Below, in pieces: positions 6,289-8,608 of a DNA stretch of 8,608 bases. The notes beneath the pieces were generated by a model. It saw only the letters and a list, made by a program, of their open reading frames with translations, was not told where the DNA came from and did no database searches. The stretch covers positions 1-8,608 of the forward strand of contig JALVPN010000210.1 of assembly GCA_027031765.1 (NCBI GenBank). Direction: 5' to 3'. How positions within the stretch are numbered: position 1 is the first letter of the stretch; each line of letters starts with the position of its first letter. Made by a program: the position numbers and the translations under genes. This stretch comes from Promethearchaeota archaeon. GTDB taxonomy: Archaea; Asgardarchaeota; Thorarchaeia; Thorarchaeales; Thorarchaeaceae.

Positions 6289-6327
6289 TTCGCTGGTCGT
6301 GAACACACATACTCTGGAGGCAGAATA

Positions 6328-8475
6328 TTGTCAAGAACCGACATGACCCTTGGCGTAGTCACAGTCATCATGCTCGTCACTCTAGTCTCGGTGCCAGTGG
6401 TGCCCGTGGGTACGCCGCATACCGGTGTGCTTGCTGTCAGTCAGCAGCATGTCACATCAGCGTTCCCATTCCAGACCTTCCAGCGTGACATGAACGTCAC
6501 GACCTTCGTATCACCCGACGGGAGCCGCGACGCCCTCTGGCAACTGCTCCTCAGTGCACGGCAGAGCATCTACGTGGAGGTCTTCGGGATCAACAACCCC
6601 TACATACTGGACCTCATCCATGAGATACACGACGCCCGGCCCGGACTGGACATCAAGTTCCTGTTGGGATGGAACAGCATCGGCTACTACAGTACGAACG
6701 ACTACGTGGCAAACAACCTGACACAGCTGGGCATCCCGGTGCGCTGGACCAGCGACACGGAGTTCACCTACGCACACCAGAAGTTCGTGATAATCGACAA
6801 CAAGACGACAGTGGTACACGCGGGTAACTGGGCCAAGACCAGCTTCCCAGAGGCCGGCAAGAAGGCGAACCGTGAGTGGAGCATCGCGATGACGGACGGG
6901 GTGGTCACCGCCTTCTACAGGGGGGTCTTCGACTACGACTGGGACAACGGTATCCCGTACGACCCGGTCGCCCACGGCACCGGCTCTCCACTGTCCTACA
7001 GTGAGACGTCGAGCACCTACCCGCGTCCGTTCAGTGAGCCCGGTCACTTCAGCGGGGACATGCGCGTCACGCCTGTCCTCAGTCCCGATACGAGCCTGCA
7101 GGGCATCCTGTACTGCATCCGGGCCGCCCGCTACACGTTGGACATCCAGATACCCTACTTTACGAACTACGGTGACTCCGGCGCTGTCGACCAGATTGTC
7201 GACGAGATAGTCGCAGCAAAGCAGCGCGGTGTCACAGTACGTGTCATTACCGAGGAGGGCGCGAAACCGGACGTCGAAGCCGTGGCCCAAGAGCTCGGTA
7301 GCCACGGGATCCCGGTGGTGTACCAGGACGAGCGCTGGTTCAGTGCAGAGCACAACAAGGGCATAATCGTTGATGGGCGCACTGTGATGATTAGCAGCAT
7401 CAACTTCAGTGATGGGAGCATCACTGAGAACCGCGAGGCTGGTGTGATTGTGGAGCACTCAGGGGTCGCAGCGTGGTACCAGGATGTCTACGACTTCGAC
7501 TGGGGGATTGGTGACGCTGGCAACAGCGACGAGGTCAACCTCTATTGGACACCGAACATCCCCACGAGCTCTGACACCATCAACGTCACTGTGTACGGCC
7601 ACATGCTCTACCCAGACATCGAGGAGGTGGTGCTGGGAGTCAAGATAGGCAGTGGCGCGTGGACGAACCACACGATAACCCCCAACGTCTACGACTCGGA
7701 CGAGGGTGACCCGGAGAACTACTTCTATGAGATTGCGCCACAGCCTGACGGCACCAACATCACGGTCGTGGCATACGTGCGTGCCAACGGCGTCTGGCAC
7801 AAGAGCCACGAGATGACGCTCTTCGTCCGCAACAGCATGGGCGCGGCAGTCACCGTTGACCACCCGGATGACATCGTGTACGAGTACGGTAGCACGGGCC
7901 ATTCGATAACGTGGACGCCGTCAGCCGCCAATGCATCCCACTACGTCGTCACACGCAACGGCACTGTGGTCGCCTCTGGCGCATGGGACGGTTCCGCGGT
8001 AACGCTGAGCGTCGAGGGTCTGGGCCTCGGTACCTACGTGTACGTGCTGTTCGTCAACGAGACCGGTGGTGCAAGTGCGACTGATACGGTCACCGTGCGT
8101 GTGGTCGACACCACGCCGCCGGACATCACCGGCCCCGCCGACCTGTGCGTCACGAGGGGTACCACAGGACACAGGCGCACGTGGAATGTCAGCGACCCGT
8201 GCCCGGCCAACTACGTGATACTCCTCGACGGAGAAGAGGTTGACAGTGGCTCGTGGGTCTCGGGCGAGCTGACCCTCGACCTCGACACGCTTGCCCTGGC
8301 CACCGGGGAGCATACACTCCTGCTGACAGTGTGGGACTCAAGTGGCAACAGCGCGACCGACTCCGTCAACATCACTGTCCAGCCGTCCATGATGGACATC
8401 GCCATCTATGTTGCCATCGCCGTAGTCGGAGTGGTGGTGGCACTGGTAGTGATGAAGATGAAGAAGGGGCGGTAG
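6328..8475 (+). CDS. Secreted, C-terminally membrane-anchored phospholipase D-superfamily protein (two HKD motifs) with Ig-like domains
   Basis: HQKFVIID..AGNW and HNKGIIVD..SSINFS, each followed by NRE. N-terminal hydrophobic signal (TLGVVTVIMLVTLVSVPVV) and C-terminal TM plus basic stop (IAIYVAIAVVGVVVALVVMKMKKGR). Start moved from ATG 6241, which overlaps the start of the divergent gene, to TTG 6328, 7 nt after GGAGG (6316-6320). ATG 6343 is an alternative. Confidence 0.9.
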   Translation: MSRTDMTLGVVTVIMLVTLVSVPVVPVGTPHTGVLAVSQQHVTSAFPFQTFQRDMNVTTFVSPDGSRDALWQLLLSARQSIYVEVFGINNPYILDLIHEIHDARPGLDIKFLLGWNSIGYYSTNDYVANNLTQLGIPVRWTSDTEFTYAHQKFVIIDNKTTVVHAGNWAKTSFPEAGKKANREWSIAMTDGVVTAFYRGVFDYDWDNGIPYDPVAHGTGSPLSYSETSSTYPRPFSEPGHFSGDMRVTPVLSPDTSLQGILYCIRAARYTLDIQIPYFTNYGDSGAVDQIVDEIVAAKQRGVTVRVITEEGAKPDVEAVAQELGSHGIPVVYQDERWFSAEHNKGIIVDGRTVMISSINFSDGSITENREAGVIVEHSGVAAWYQDVYDFDWGIGDAGNSDEVNLYWTPNIPTSSDTINVTVYGHMLYPDIEEVVLGVKIGSGAWTNHTITPNVYDSDEGDPENYFYEIAPQPDGTNITVVAYVRANGVWHKSHEMTLFVRNSMGAAVTVDHPDDIVYEYGSTGHSITWTPSAANASHYVVTRNGTVVASGAWDGSAVTLSVEGLGLGTYVYVLFVNETGGASATDTVTVRVVDTTPPDITGPADLCVTRGTTGHRRTWNVSDPCPANYVILLDGEEVDSGSWVSGELTLDLDTLALATGEHTLLLTVWDSSGNSATDSVNITVQPSMMDIAIYVAIAVVGVVVALVVMKMKKGR
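7852..8379 (+). repeat. Two tandem ~90-aa Ig-like repeats within the PLD protein
   Basis: TVDHPDDIVYEYGSTGHSITW..YVVTRNG..SGAW..LG.GTY..SATDTVTVRV versus DITGPADLCVTRGTTGHRRTW..YVILLDG..SGSW..LA.GEH..SATDSVNITV. Period is 270 nt (7852 and 8122). Confidence 0.85.
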
Positions 8476-8579
8476 ACAACCGACCGGCCCGTCCAATACA
8501 CGGCATCGTAGGTCAGCTGTGTGGGCCTGCCAGGCATGGTGCGGGCTTGGAGGGGCGGGGCGGCCCCCGGGCTGTTGGG

Positions 8580-8601
8580 CCCTCCTCCCCCTCCCCACCC
8601 C
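8580..8601 (-). other. Canonical G-quadruplex-forming motif
   Basis: Minus strand reads GGGG-T-GGGG-A-GGGGG-AGGA-GGG: four runs of at least 3 G with short loops. Confidence 0.5.
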
Positions 8602-8608
8602 ACCACCA

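Noticed and set aside
6241-6327. Longer PLD start at ATG 6241
   Set aside because: It overlaps the start codon of the divergent gene and the shared promoter; TTG 6328 has a GGAGG SD and leads directly into the signal peptide.
6511-7458. 315-aa antisense ORF inside the PLD gene, and similar antisense ORFs inside uvrC and the permease
   Set aside because: Expected mirror frames in GC-rich coding DNA; no domain signatures.
1-8608. tRNA, rRNA, CRISPR array, IS element or intein
   Set aside because: No T-loop or anticodon-arm patterns outside coding regions, no regularly spaced repeats, no transposase motifs, and protein lengths are normal.

Overview
GC-rich (roughly 60% by eye) archaeal chromosomal window with mostly unrelated genes on alternating strands. 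The GGTGA/GGAGG Shine-Dalgarno sites, BRE-TATA promoters, ~90-aa Ig-like surface repeats and a Vps28-like protein suggest an Asgard archaeon, probably Thorarchaeia-like (inference). Gene order: truncated B3/4-domain protein (-), TM1459-like cupin (-), coiled-coil + Vps28-C-terminal-like protein (+), uvrC (+), APC amino-acid permease with a long acidic Pro-rich tail (-), 2[4Fe-4S] ferredoxin (+), 87-aa unknown protein (-), and a secreted, membrane-anchored two-HKD phospholipase D-family protein with Ig-like repeats (+). No tRNA, rRNA, CRISPR array, transposase or intein was seen. Best leads: (1) a stand-alone ESCRT-I Vps28-CTD-like domain fused to a long coiled coil; (2) two mutually exclusive hairpins, one hiding the ribosome-binding site, plus an overlapping uORF in the permease leader, which looks like a translational switch; (3) the cell-surface PLD. 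All family assignments come from motif recognition and remembered sequences, not from database searches.
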